DNA of 64,000 nt from Eledone cirrhosa (taxonomy: Eukaryota): the NCBI GenBank assembly GCA_964016885.1, contig OZ024743.1, forward strand, positions 2,170,001 through 2,234,000, in the 5' to 3' direction. Position numbers and translations under genes: made by a program. Under the pieces are notes generated by a model. It saw only the letters and a program-made list of their open reading frames with translations, did not search any database and had not been told where the DNA came from. Shown here piece by piece: positions 24,449 to 39,800 of this stretch. The first letter of the stretch is position 1. Every line of letters begins with the position of its first letter.

Positions 24449-25675
24449 AATGTCTACTTCTTTATAAATTCTATTGTGCGTATCTTGGTTTTCAGAGTAG
24501 ATACAACATATCCTACGTGTAGTAAGGGGTGACTAAAGTGGTTGATGCCAGGAAGGGTATCTGACTATAAAAACATTGTCTCCCAAATATCCTGTCCAAC
24601 CCATGCCAACATGGAAAAGTGGATATGATGATGGTGATGATGCTAGTGATGATGCCTATGAAAATAACCCCCCCCCCCCTAAAAAAAAACAAAAAAAACA
24701 TAAGCTGCATAAAGAAATATATGGAGTAAAAGAAAAAAATTCATTTTACTAAACAGTTATGTATGTATTTTTGTTGGTGTCATAGGAGCACTGTAGTGAT
24801 ATACAGAGTTTCTTCAGCATTTTTTAAAACCCAGAAGAGAAAAAGAGAGGAAGTGAGACAGAGATAGAGCAAGAGGAAGAGTCAACCCCAGTACAGGACA
24901 GGCACATTTTTACTAACCTCGAAAGTTGACCTAAAGGGGATTTGAACTCAGAGAACCAGAATAAATTCCACAAAGCATTCTATTTAAAGTTCTAATGGTT
25001 CTGCCAACTTGCTACTTTGTACTCAACAGTTATAATTTCTTGTTTCAAGAAATCCTTTGAGATTATAAGCATTCAATGATTTTCAAGAGAGATATTTTTA
25101 GCTGTTCTGAATCCACATCTTGTAAACTCTTTAAGTAAATGTTGAAACTAATGAACCCATGGTGAACCTCATTGCAAGATAACACGTAGGAATGTTTAGT
25201 TCCAGAATTGCTTTTCAACACACACACACACACACCCTACTACCATTGGCTACAGAAAAATATCCTCTAAACATACTGCGACCTACTCTAATAGAAAAGT
25301 CATTTTTTCTTCCTCATATAAACAAAATTACCCCACTTCCATAAACATAGATCAACTTTACTCTAAGCAGTAAGTTCAAACACTAAAAATTCATTAAGGA
25401 GAAGGGTGTGTTACCAAAAGTATGGAATGGCTGGGTGGTAGAATATTTCCTAAGACTGCTTCCTACAAGATACTTCAAACTGGTTCTTTAAAACTTGGAG
25501 ACATTCCAAATGTCAAATATAGTGAGAAGATGAGGATGAAATAGATGGAATGTTGAATCTAATGAAACAGAAAGTAAAGTAATATATAGAAATACCTTCA
25601 GACAGGAAGTCAGCTTAGAATAGGTGGTTATGAATTGAGAAGAAAAAGCAAAGAAAATAGAATTTCTTACTATCA

Positions 25676-26061
25676 CTAACCTTTTTGATACCAAACTGCC
25701 TTTGGTTCTCCAATATAAAGCTGTTTGTTTTAAAGTGTCTATATTCATCTAAAACCCTTCCATTATAATTTTATGAAAGAACCTTTGTTAAGCAGCTTAA
25801 CTCTTTTGATACCAAACTGCCTGATACCACTGCTCATTCTTTGACAAAAAACTGTTTAAAAAGTTTATATTTATCTAAAAAGCTTCAATCATAACTTTAT
25901 GTAAGAACCTTTGTAAAATTATATTCTAAATACCAGCTTAATAATGAGAAAGTTAGTTATATTACTAGATCTCTTCCAAATTTTGGAGTATAGTATATTC
26001 AAAATTATTTGAAAATCAAAAGCAGTGTCTTTCATGAGATATATGATGACAAAAGGGTTAA
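25676..26061 (+). mobile_element. piggyBac-like MITE (partial copy plus full copy)
   Basis: TTAACTCTTTTGATACCAAAC ... GACAAAAGGGTTAA gives CCCTTTT/AAAAGGG-type termini with TTAA flanks. Confidence 0.55.
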
Positions 26062-27620
26062 TAGAAATTATTCAAGATATTTATCATGAACTATTTATTT
26101 CTAAATGTCTCATATTAGTTTGTTATATTGATGTCTCTATCAGTGTCTTGTTTATCAGTATTTCATTATACCAGTGCCTCATTATAAGTTGAACTCAGAA
26201 GATAAAGGGTTGTAACTAAATACTGTAAGATATTTTGTCCAGCAATTTAACAATGCATCTTCCATCCCCTTTCACAACAGGTTAATATAATATAAGCTGA
26301 TTTGATATCAAAAATATCTGCAAAATTTAGCTAAAATGAACTCAATACTTCAAATCTGACAGACACGTGCACACGCATGATAAATACCTTTATATAAGCT
26401 GCAGTAGAAGATAAAACATAACCACTTTGTGTGTATAATATTTTACACAAGTTACATGCCTCATTTTGTAAATACAGTTTGCAACTTTGCTTGTGGTTGT
26501 GTTTAAATGAAAAACAAATAAAAACTACAACAGAGAGATGAAATATTTGCAACCACTGCCAATAGTCTAGTGAAGTACCAGAACTATAGACAAGAGAGCA
26601 AAGTGTCTCTATGATCTCACTTCAATTGACTGGCAACATATGCTGCATCTAATAGACATGAGAATTACAACCAACTGAGAACTATACACACACATACAGT
26701 TCACAAACATGGAAGCCACATATATATAATAAGTTTATGAAACTGCATATCGTCACAGACACATTTGTTTTGTAGCCGAATAAAATTCTGCTCAATTTGT
26801 TATTTTTGTTTCCTTGCATCACATCAACATATATTTGTTTACACCTCCAATATTAGATACACCCAAGAATTCCAAGCTCTGGCATCTGCTGGTAGCACTG
26901 TAGTTACCACCCCATGATTGTAATATATACATATATATCTATACATCACCCTCATCATGATCATCACAGTTTTATATCTATTTTCCATGCTTGGATGGGT
27001 TACATTCAGCAGCTAGATAAGTCAGGTGACTACATCTAGCTCATATTCTCCTTTCTAACTTGATTTCTATGACTTGATGCATTTCCTAACCACTTCATGA
27101 CATGTACCAGATATGTTTTAATAAGGCACCAGCACTACCATTTTACAGAGTGTGCTGAGTACATTTTATTGTGGTGATGGGCTGTTTTTTTCTTCTTTTT
27201 TTTTTGAGCTGAGTGTATTTTATTGTGATACCAGCATTACCATTTTACAAAGTGGGCTTGGTGCATTTTACTACACTACCACTTTACAGAGTAGGCTGGT
27301 TGCATTTTATTGATACCAGCACTACCATATATGGTCATGAATACATTTTAGCAGTAGATAGGTCATATCCCATTTATTTTTATAAATTGTCTTCACCTTT
27401 CCACCTGTATAAAAGGCTGCATGTTGATTCTAATAAATACTGTGTACAACTTAACTTACAGGTGTATTTAAATAAAAGATAGCATTTAGCTGAAAATAAT
27501 CTCAGTTGTTGCTAAAAGAGTCTAACAAAGTTGTGGAACCATAGATAATAACAATATATTTCTATGGTCTATGTTCAGAGTGAACTGATTAACTTATGCT
27601 TTCACCTCACTACTCCCAAT

Positions 27621-27722
27621 AGTGGTAGCAAGCTGAACCACACACCTATACAGTGGTAGCAAGCTGTACCACATCCCTATACAGTGGTAGCAAGCTGAAC
27701 CACATCCCTGTACATTAGTAGC
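27621..27722. repeat. 31-bp tandem repeat, 3 copies
   Basis: Unit AGTGGTAGCAAGCTGAACCACA(C/T)(A/C)CCTATAC at 27621, 27652 and 27683. Confidence 0.9.
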
Positions 27723-27890
27723 TAGCTAAATGCACAATATGTCCTCAATTTCCAACCAAAGCAGTTTTTTCATTATTTCACTTGCACTATTAATGGCTTT
27801 GAGAAATGTATGAACATCACAACCATTTACCTACTGGCTCAGCTTTCTCCTGTTCACACAGTTTAGAAGAAAAAAAAAAAGAAATATGGC

Positions 27891-28132
27891 TTAACCCATT
27901 AAATGCTGAACTACCTGGAACCACCCTTGGTTCTATGATACAAAACTGATTATTTTAAAGTGTATCTAAAACCTTTCCCTCATAATTTTATTTAAGAACC
28001 CATGTTAAGTTACGTTCCACACACAATAATGAGAAAGTTATATTACTAAATGTGTCAAAATTCCTGATCCTTTTCAAGGTTATTTGAAAATCATAAGCAG
28101 TTTATTTTGTCAACAATATAGTAACAAAAGGG

Positions 28133-28135
<3 letters not shown>
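27891..28135 (+). mobile_element. piggyBac-like MITE copy
   Basis: TTAACCCATT...AACAAAAGGGTTA; the interior is shared with the 25797-26061 copy. Confidence 0.55.
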
Positions 28136-28168
<33 letters not shown>

Positions 28169-30061
28169 CGTGATTTTATGTAAGAATCTTCATTTGAAAG
28201 GAAGAAGGTCCATCACGGTCAAGTTATGTCAGAAGGCAAATATACTAATTTGTAAATAATATACTAATAAAAATTTTAAATTCTGTTGTCACTCATGTTT
28301 AATGTAATGGAAAGTTTGCGGCCAGGCCAGCTGGTCTAGATATGGCTATTTACAAATCACAAGGATTTCATAGAGCCACTGTTTAATTCCAAAGTTTGTT
28401 ATGTTTAGTGGAAGAGAAAAATCAATCTCAGACAGTATAGTTTCTCCTGCTCCAGAAATTAAATTCAACATTACAAACTAACAAAATACTCATCAATCAA
28501 TCAATGCTACCACAGCTTGCAATCATGAACTACACAGACTGAATGTTAGAAGTTATTGAGTTTGGCCTTGGTCAAAGCCAAATGTAATGCCAGTGATAGA
28601 ATATAAACTGCAGGCCTCTTAACTTGTTTTCCAGTAGCCTATCAACTTGGCCATCCATCCGTAATTATTCTCTCATCATCATCTCATCATTGTATTTATG
28701 TCAACTTTTCCATGTTGGCATGGTTGGAAGGGACTTTTTGAAAAAAATACAAAAAAAGAAAAAAAACTGTTGATACTAAACTTTTGATACTAATCCTCCA
28801 AAATCTGGATCTGGTTCTATGAAACAAAACCATCCATTTTAAGTGTTCTATTTAAATCTACCCACATAATTTTATATAAAAAAGCATTTAAGTGATGAAA
28901 TAACAATTTTAATAAATACCTCAACATTCTTCATTAATTAAATGAAACAAAAAATATTTCATTAGAAATATGGTCACAAAGGGTTAAGAACCATTTGTCA
29001 AGTAACTATTTCAGTAATAAAATAATTATTTTATCAAAGCTCACAAAATCTTTCATGAATTAATTGAAAGAGTGTATTTTGTTAGAAATATGGCAATGAA
29101 AGGATTAACAAAGTAAATAATTACTGAAGCTGTTACTCTGAGAAAGATAATGAATTGTCAGGTATCTAAGGTTTCATGAACTACAAAGCTACAAGGAAAT
29201 CAATATGAATAGAGAGGTCGCAACACATAAACTGAGGTTCATTTTGCTCAACAAAGAATTTCAATATCAGTTAGAATTTATAACAAAATCCTGACAAGTA
29301 TTACTATATATTTTTTTATCTTGTAATTTTTAGGGTTACATAAAAGATAAAAGGTTTTGAAATGTTTTAACTAGTTCTTAATGTGAATCAGTATAATAAA
29401 AGAGTGCAAAAGACATTCAAAATGTGTGAAAACTCTCTGGAAAAAAATAAATTGAGTGTAAAAATATGTGAAAATCATAACAGTCTGCAACATACTCCTA
29501 TCAAGAAAACAGGTGTCCACGAGAAAATTATCTTGTGCATATTTAAAGAACTGGATAAGATTTTTAACTGAACATTTTAGTTTCTATCTTGAATAGTTGA
29601 AATACAAAATTAATTGCATGAATCTGATAGAGTTGAATTGTTCTATTTGATTAGAGTTAATGATTAAGACTATAATTAGAGGAGGTACCTATAGTCAAGA
29701 AAGTAGATGATTTGGTAAGATGAGACCTACAATTTGATGATGTCTTTTTAGATGCTAGGAGCATTAAAAAAGTTGTTGCATCTATAATCTACATACATTG
29801 TCATCATCAAGTTTAAGTCTATAATTTGGTGACATCTAGTTGGTATAGATAGGAGAGTTGGAAAATCTTGGCATATAATTTGATGAGGTCTACTTGATAT
29901 AGCAGATTACAGAGTTAAAATGATGTTTAATTAGAAGGGATATGTTAATGCTTCTGAAATTCAGTGTTTTCAATATAATAGAAGAGAAAGTAAATGGATA
30001 AAATAGAATAGTGTATTACATGGTAAAAATCGCAACAGAATGTTTGACCATCTGGACATGG

Positions 30062-30307
30062 TCTGACAGAATGAGACATAGGTTGACATACTGAAGTATA
30101 GGTTGACAGACTTAAATATCTGTTAACAGACTGAAATATCAGTTGACAGATTGAAACAGATTGACATATTGAAAGAAATATAGATCAACAGATTGAAATA
30201 AAGGTTGACATATTGAAATAAAGGTTGACAAACTGAAATATAGGTTAGCAGATTAAAATATCAGTTGACAGGTTGAAATAAATGAAATATGGGTTGACAT
30301 ATTGAAA
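30062..30307. repeat. Degenerate ~20-bp tandem repeat (TAGGTTGACAGATTGAAATA-like)
   Basis: About 12 decayed units. Confidence 0.75.
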
Positions 30308-30464
30308 GCTACAATAGCCTAAGCCTAGAAAACAGAAAAACTGTTGTCTCTTTGCTTTTCCATTTGTTATCACAATGTTTTCCAGTCTCCAAAATTTACT
30401 AGAGTATCCCAACTCTGCTTAAAATGTCATGTAACAAGGCACCTTTCTAGCTCTCTATGTATGT

Positions 30465-30505
<41 letters not shown>

Positions 30506-30898
30506 AGCAACAGTAACCTCATTGAAATACATCACACTTCTGTTCCAGGAAGTTCATACAGGTTTATGCACATTACATTGGAAATATATCCCGTGTAAAT
30601 CAGTGTGTTGAGATGTGTGAGGTACTAGGAGAAAGCTGATGAACGTCTATCCATAAATACAGATGACAAATGATTAAGATTGACTGCAGAAGTGAGATGA
30701 CAGCATGGTATTTTGTATCAGAAGAATTATACTGTACCACAGCAAGACCTAATCGGGAAAAGCAGGGGGACCCTCAGTATCTGAAACAAAATATAGACTG
30801 TATTATGATGGATGTTTAATAGAAAAACATAGAGAAGAATTTGAATGAATTAAGAAGACATTCCAACATTAAATCCATCAAGTTTGTCCTTGAAAGGG

Positions 30899-33800
30899 AA
30901 GATGGTTGAATCAGAACCAAATGACAATTGAATAAGAACCAGATGACTGTTGAATAAGAATCAGATGACAGTTGGATAAGGACCAGATGACTGTTGAATA
31001 AGAATCAGATGACAGTTGGATAAGCACTAGATGACAGTTGGATAAGCACTAGATGACAGTTGGATAAGGACGAGATGACAGTTGGATAAGAACCAGATGA
31101 CAGTTGAATAAGGACTAGATGACAGTTGAATAAGGACTAGATGACAGTTGGATAAGAACCAGATGACAGTTGGATAAGGACTAGATGACAGTTGGATAAG
31201 GACTAGATGACAGTTGGATAAGAACCAGATGACAGTTGAATAAGAACCAGATGACAGTTGAATAAGAACCAGATGACAGTTGAATAAGAACCAGATGACA
31301 GTTGAATAAGGACTAGATGACAGTTGAATAAGAACCAGATGATAGTTGCATAAGGACTAGATGACAGTTGCATAAGGACTAGATGACAGTTGGATAAGGA
31401 CTAGATGACAGTTGGACAAGAACCAGATGACAGTTGAATAAGAACCAGATGACAGCTGCATAAGGACTAGATGACAGTTGGATAAGAACCAGATGACAGT
31501 TGAATAAGAACCAGATGACAGCTGCATAAGGACCAGATGACAGTTGGATAAGGACTAGATGACAGTTGGATAAGAACCAGATGACAGTTGAATAAGAACC
31601 AGATGACAGTTGAATAAGAACCAGATGACAGTTGGATAAGGACCAGATGACAGTTGAATAAGAACCAGATGACAGTTGAATAAGAACCAGATGACAGCTG
31701 CATAAGGACTAGATGACAGTTGGATAAGGACCAGATGACAGTTGAATAAGAACCAGATGACAGCTGCATAAGGACTAGATGACAGTTGAATAAGAACCAA
31801 ATGACAGTTGAATAAGAACCAGATGACAGTTGGATAAGGACTAGATGACAGTTGAATAAGAACCAGATGACAGTTGGATAAGGACTAGATGACAGTTGGA
31901 TAAGAACCAGATGACAGTTGGATAAGGACTAGATGACAGTTGGATAAGAACCAGATGACAGTTGAATAAGAACCAGATGACAGTTGGATAAGGACTAGAT
32001 GACAGTTGAATAAGAACCAGATGACAGTTGGATAAGAACCAGATGACAGTTGGATAAGGACTAGATGACAGTTGGATAAGGACTAGATGACAGTTGAATA
32101 AGAACCAGATGACAGTTGGATAAGGACTAGATGACAGTTGGATAAGAACCAGATGACAGTTGAATAAGAACCAGATGACAGTTGGATAAGGACTAGATGA
32201 CAGTTGAATAAGAACCAGATGATAGTTGAATAAGAACCAGATGACAGTTGGATAAGAACCAGATGACAGTTGGATAAGGACCAGGAGACAGTTGGATAAG
32301 AACCAGATGACAGTTGGATAAGAACCAGATGACAGCTGCATAAGGACCAGATGACAGTTGGATAAGGACCAGATGACAGTTGAATAAGAACCAGATGACA
32401 GCTGCATAAGGACTAGATGACAGTTGAATAAGAAACAGATGACAGTTGAATAAGAACCAGATGACAGTTGGATAAGGACTAGATGACAGTTGAATAAGAA
32501 CCAGATGACAGTTGGATAAGGACTAGATGAGAGTTGAATAAGAACCAGATGACAGTTGAATAAGAACCAGATGACAGTTGGATAAGAACCAGGAGACAGT
32601 TGGATAAGAACCAGATGACAGTTGGATAAGAACCAGATGACAGTTGGATAAGGACTAGATGACAGTTGGATATGAACCAGATGACAGTTGGATAAGGACT
32701 AGATGACAGTTGGATAAGGACTAGATGACAGTGGATAAGGACTAGATGACAGTTGAATAAGAACCAGATGACAGTTGGATAAGGACCAGGAGACAGTTGG
32801 ATAAGGACTAGATGACAGTTGAATAAGGACCAGGAGACAGTTGGATAAGGACCAGATGACAGTGGATAAGGACTAGATGACAGTTGGATAAGAACCAGAT
32901 GACAGTTGGATAAGGACCAGATGACAGTTGAATAAGAACCAGATGACAGTTGAATAAGAACCAGATGACAGTTGAATAAGGACTAGATGACAGTTGGATA
33001 AGGACTAGATGACAGTTGGATAAGGACCAGGAGACAGTTGGATAAGGACCAGATGACAGTTGGATAAGGACTAGATGACAGTTGGATAAGGACCAGATGA
33101 CAGTTGAATAAGAACCAGATGACAGTTGGATAAGGACTAGATGACAGTTGGATAAGGACTAGATGACAGTTGAATAAGGACCAGATGACAGTTGAATAAG
33201 AACCAGATGACAGTTGGATAAGGACCAGATGACAGTGGATAAGGACTAGATGACAGTTGAATAAGAACCAGATGACAGTTGAATAAGGACCAGGAGACAG
33301 TTGGATAAGGACCAGATGACAGTGGATAAGGACTAGATGACAGTTGGATAAGGACTAGATGACAGTTGGATAAGGACTAGATGACAGTTGAATAAGGACT
33401 AGATGACAGTTGATAAGGACCAGGAGACAGTTGGATAAGGACCAGATGACAGTTGATAAGGACCCGGAGACAGTTGGATAAGGACCAGATGACAGTTGGA
33501 TAAGGACCAGATGACAGTTGGATAAGGACTAGATGACAGTTGATAAGGACCAGGAGACTATTGGATAAGAACCAGATGACAGCTGCATAAGAACCAGATG
33601 ACAGTTGGATAAGGACTAGATGACAGTTGAATAAGAACCAGATGACAGTTGAATAAGAACCAGATGACAGTTGGATAAGGACTAGATGACAGTTGAATAA
33701 GAACCAGATGACAGTTGGATAAGGACTAGATGACAGTTGAATAAGAACCAGATGATAGTTGAATAAGAACCAGATGACAGTTGGATAAGAACCAGATGAC

Positions 33801-36800
33801 AGTTGGATAAGAACCAGATGACAGTTGGATAAGAACCAGATGACAGTTGGATAAGAACCAGATGACAGTTGGATAAGAACCAGATGACAGTTGGATAAGA
33901 ACCAGATGACAGTTGGATAAGAACCAGATGACAGTTGGATAAGAAACAGATGACAGTTGGATAAGAACCAGATGACAGTTGGATAAGAACCAGATGACAG
34001 TTGGATAAGAACCAGATGACAGTTGGATAAGAACCAGATGACAGTTGGATAAGGACTAGATGACAGTTGAATAAGAACCAGATGACAGTTGGATAAGAAC
34101 CAGATGACAGTTGGATAAGGACTAGATGACAGTTGAATAAGAACCAGATGACAGTTGAATAAGAACCAGATGACAGTTGGATAAGGACCAGATGACAGTT
34201 GAATAAGAACCAGATGACAGTTGAATAAGAACCAGATGACAGCTGCATAAGGACTAGATGACAGTTGGATAAGGACCAGATGACAGTTGATAAGGACCAG
34301 GAGACAGTTGGATAAGGACCAGATGACAGTTGGATAAGGACCAGATGACAGTTGGATAAGGACTAGATGACAGTTGGATAAGGACTAGATGACAGTTGAT
34401 AAGGACCAGGAGACTATTGGATAAGAACCAGATGACAGCTGCATAAGAACCAGATGACAGTTGGATAATGACTAGTTGACAGTTGAATAAGAACCAGATG
34501 ACAGTTGGATAAGGACCAGGAGACTATTGGATAAGGACCAGGAGACAGTTGGATAAGGACCAGATGACAGTTGGATAAGGACTAGATGACAGTTGGATAA
34601 GGACCAGGAGACAGTTGGATAAGGACTAGATGACAGTTGGATAAGGACCAGGAGACAGTTGGATAAGGACCAGATGACAGTGGATAAGGACTAGATGACA
34701 GTTGGATAAGGACTAGATGACTGTTGATAAGGACCAGGAGACTATTGGATAAGAACCAGATGACAGCTGCATAAGAACCAGATGACAGTTGGATAATGAC
34801 TAGATGACAGTTGAATAAGAACTAGATGACAGTTGGATAAGGACAAGATGACAGTTGGATAAGGACTAGATGACAGTTGGATAAGGACCAGGAGACAGTT
34901 GGATAAGGACCAGATGACAGTTGGATAAGGACTAGACGACAGTTGGATAAGGACCAGATGACAGTTGGATAAGGACCAGGAGACAGTTGGATAAGGACCA
35001 GATGACAGTTGGATAAGGACCAGGAGACAGTTGGATAAGGACCAGATGACAGTTGGATAAGGACCAGGAGACAGTTGGATAAGGACCAGATGACAGTTGG
35101 ATAAGAACCAGATGACAGCTGCATAAGGACCAGATGACAGTTGGATAAGGACCAGATGACAGTTGAATAAGAACCAGATGACAGCTGCATAAGGACTAGA
35201 TGACAGTTGGATAAGGACTAGATGACAGTTGGATAAGGACCAGGAGACAGTTGGATAAGGACCAGATGACAGTTGGATAAGGACTAGACGACAGTTGGAT
35301 AAGGACCAGATGACAGTTGGATAAGGACTAGATGACAGTTGAATAAGAACCAGATGATAGTTGAATAAGAACCAGATGACAGTTGGATAAGAACCAGATG
35401 ACAGTTGGATAAGGACCAGGAGACAGTTGGATAAGAACCAGATGACAGTTGGATAAGAACCAGATGACAGCTGCATAAGGACCAGATGACAGTTGGATAA
35501 GGACCAGATGACAGTTGAATAAGAACCAGATGACAGCTGCATAAGGACTAGATGACAGTTGAATAAGAAACAGATGACAGTTGAATAAGAACCAGATGAC
35601 AGTTGGATAAGGACTAGATGACAGTTGAATAAGAACCAGATGACAGTTGGATAAGGACTAGATGAGAGTTGAATAAGAACCAGATGACAGTTGAATAAGA
35701 ACCAGATGACAGTTGGATAAGAACCAGGAGACAGTTGGATAAGAACCAGATGACAGTTGGATAAGAACCAGATGACAGTTGGATAAGGACTAGATGACAG
35801 TTGGATATGAACCAGATGACAGTTGGATAAGGACTAGATGACAGTTGGATAAGGACTAGATGACAGTGGATAAGGACTAGATGACAGTTGAATAAGAACC
35901 AGATGACAGTTGGATAAGGACCAGGAGACAGTTGGATAAGGACTAGATGACAGTTGAATAAGGACCAGGAGACAGTTGGATAAGGACCAGATGACAGTGG
36001 ATAAGGACTAGATGACAGTTGGATAAGAACCAGATGACAGTTGGATAAGGACCAGATGACAGTTGAATAAGAACCAGATGACAGTTGAATAAGAACCAGA
36101 TGACAGTTGAATAAGAACCAGATGACAGTTGAATAAGGACTAGATGACAGTTGGATAAGGACCAGGAGACAGTTGGATAAGGACCAGATGACAGTTGGAT
36201 AAGGACTAGATGACAGTTGGATAAGGACCAGATGACAGTTGAATAAGAACCAGATGACAGTTGGATAAGGACTAGATGACAGTTGGATAAGGACTAGATG
36301 ACAGTTGAATAAGGACCAGATGACAGTTGAATAAGGACCAGGAGACAGTTGGATAAGGACCAGATGACAGTGGATAAGGACTAGATGACAGTTGGATAAG
36401 GACTAGATGACAGTTGGATAAGGACTAGATGACAGTTGAATAAGGACTAGATGACAGTTGATAAGGACCATATGACAGTTGATAAGGACCCGGAGACAGT
36501 TGGATAAGGACCAGATGACAGTTGGATAAGGACCAGATGACAGTTGGATAAGGACTAGATGACAGTTGATAAGGACCAGGAGACTATTGGATAAGAACCA
36601 GATGACAGCTGCATAAGAACCAGATGAGAGTTGGATAAGGACTAGATGACAGTTGAATAAGAACCAGATGACAGTTGAATAAGAACCAGATGACAGTTGG
36701 ATAAGGACTAGATGACAGTTGGATAAGAACCAGATGACAGTTGGATAAGGACTAGATGACAGTTGAATAAGAACCAGATGATAGTTGAATAAGAACCAGA

Positions 36801-39800
36801 TGACAGTTGGATAAGAACCAGATGACAGTTGGATAAGAACCAGATGACAGTTGGATAAGAACCAGATGACAGTTGGATAAGAACCAGATGACAGTTGGAT
36901 AAGAACCAGATGACAGTTGGATAAGAACCAGATGACAGTTGGATAAGAACCAGATGACAGTTGGATAAGAAACAGATGACAGTTGGATAAGAACCAGATG
37001 ACAGTTGGATAAGAACCAGATGACAGTTGGATAAGAACCAGATGACAGTTGGATAAGGACTAGATGACAGTTGAATAAGAACCAGATGACAGTTGGATAA
37101 GAACCAGATGACAGTTGGATAAGGACTAGATGACAGTTGAATAAGAACCAGATGACAGTTGAATAAGAACCAGATGACAGTTGGATAAGGACCAGATGAC
37201 AGTTGAATAAGAACCAGATGACAGTTGAATAAGAACCAGATGACAGCTGCATAAGGACTAGATGACAGTTGGATAAGGACCAGATGACAGTTGATAAGGA
37301 CCAGGAGACAGTTGGATAAGGACCAGATGACAGTTGGATAAGGACCAGATGACAGTTGGATAAGGACTAGATGACAGTTGGATAAGGACTAGATGACAGT
37401 TGATAAGGACCAGGAGACTATTGGATAAGAACCAGATGACAGCTGCATAAGAACCAGATGACAGTTGGATAATGACTAGTTGACAGTTGAATAAGAACCA
37501 GATGACAGTTGGATAAGGACCAGGAGACTATTGGATAAGGACCAGGAGACAGTTGGATAAGGACCAGATGACAGTTGGATAAGGACTAGATGACAGTTGG
37601 ATAAGGACCAGGAGACAGTTGGATAAGGACTAGATGACAGTTGGATAAGGACCAGGAGACAGTTGGATAAGGACCAGATGACAGTGGATAAGGACTAGAT
37701 GACAGTTGGATAAGGACTAGATGACTGTTGATAAGGACCAGGAGACTATTGGATAAGAACCAGATGACAGCTGCATAAGAACCAGATGACAGTTGGATAG
37801 TGACTAGATGACAGTTGAATAAGAACTAGATGACAGTTGGATAAGGACAAGATGACAGTTGGATAAGGACTAGATGACAGTTGGATAAGGACCAGGAGAC
37901 AGTTGGATAAGGACCAGATGACAGTTGGATAAGGACTAGACGACAGTTGGATAAGGACCAGATGACAGTTGGATAAGGACCAGGAGACAGTTGGATAAGG
38001 ACCAGATGACAGTTGGATAAGGACCAGGAGACAGTTGGATAAGGACCAGATGACAGTTGGATAAGGACCAGGAGACAGTTGGATAAGGACCAGATGACAG
38101 TTGGATATGGACTAGACGACAGTTGGATAAGGACCAGATGACAGTTGGATAAGGACTAGATGACAGTTGGATAAGGACCAGGAGACAGTTGGATAAGGAC
38201 CAGATGACAGTTGGATAAGGACCAGGAAACAGTTGGATAAGGACCAGATGACAGTTGGATAAGGACCAGATGACAGTTGGATAAGGACCAGATGACAGTT
38301 GGATAAGGACCAGATGACAGTTGAATAAGAAATAGATGACAGTTGGATAAGAACCAGATGACAGTTGGATAAGGACCAGATGACAGTTGGATAAGGACCA
38401 GATGACAGTTGAATAAGGACTAGATGACAGTTGGATAAGGACCAGGAGACTATTGGATAAGGACCAGATGACAGTTGGAATAGGACAAGATGACAGTTGG
38501 ATAAGGACCAGGAGACAGTTGGATAAGGACCAGGAGACAGTTGGATAAGGACCAGGAGACAGTTGGATAAGGACCAGATGACAGTTGGATAAGGACCAGA
38601 TGACAGTTGAATAAGGACTAGATGACAGTTGGATAAGGACCAGGAGACTATTGGATAAGGACCAGATGACAGTTGGATAAGGACTAGATGACAGTTGGAT
38701 AAGGACCAGGAGACAGTTGGATAAGGACCAGATGACAGTTGGATAAGGACCAGGAGACAGTTGGATAAGGACCAGATGACAGTTGGATAAGGACCAGATG
38801 ACAGTTGGATAAGGACCAGATGACAGTTGATAAGGACCAGGAGACAGTTGGATAAGGACTAGATGACAGTTGGATAAGGACCAGACGACAGTTGGATAAG
38901 GGCCAGACGACAGTTGGATAAGGGCCAGACGACAGTTGGATAAGGACCAGGAAACTGTTGGATGAGGACCAGGAGACAGTTGGATAAGGACCAGGAGACT
39001 GTTGGATAAGGACCAGGAGACTGTTGGATAAGGACCAGGAGACTGTTGGATAAGGACCAGACGACTGTTGGATAAGGACCAGATGACAGTTGGATAAGGA
39101 CCAGGAGACAGTTGGATAAGGACTAGATGACAGTTGGATAAGGACTAGATGACAGTGGACAAGGACTAGATGACAGTTGGATAAGGACCAGACGACAGTT
39201 GGATAAGGGCCAGACGACAGTTGGATAAGGGCCAGACTACAGTTGGATAAGGACCAGGAAACTGTTGGATAAGGACCAGGAGACAGTTGGATAAGGACCA
39301 GGAGACTGTTGGATAAGGACCAGGAGACTGTTGGATAAGGACCAGGAGACTGTTGGATAAGGACCAGGAGACTGTTGGATAAGGACCAGGAGACTGTTGG
39401 ATAAGGACCAGGAGACTGTTGGATAAGGACCAGGAGACTGTTGGATAAGGACCAGGAGACTGTTGGATAAGGACCAGGAGACTGTTGGATAAGGACCAGG
39501 AGACAGTTGGATAAGGACCAGGAGACAGTTGGATAAGGACCAGGAGACTGTTGGATAAGGACCAGGAGACTGTTGGATAAGGACCAGGAGACTGTTGGAT
39601 AAGGACCAGGAGACTGTTGGATAAGGACCAGGAGACTGTTGGATAAGGACCAGGAGACTGTTGGATAAGGACCAGGAGACTGTTGGATAAGGACCAGGAG
39701 ACAGTTGGATAAGGACCAGGAGACAGTTGGATAAGGACCAGGAGACTGTTGGATAAGGACCAGGAGACTGTTGGATAAGGACCAGACGACTGTTGGATAA

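Noticed and set aside
26331-26552. Candidate missing N-terminal IP6K exon (ends ...TATATAAAG|gtattt)
   Set aside because: No HQVGGH, CKP or E..FYE motifs in any frame.
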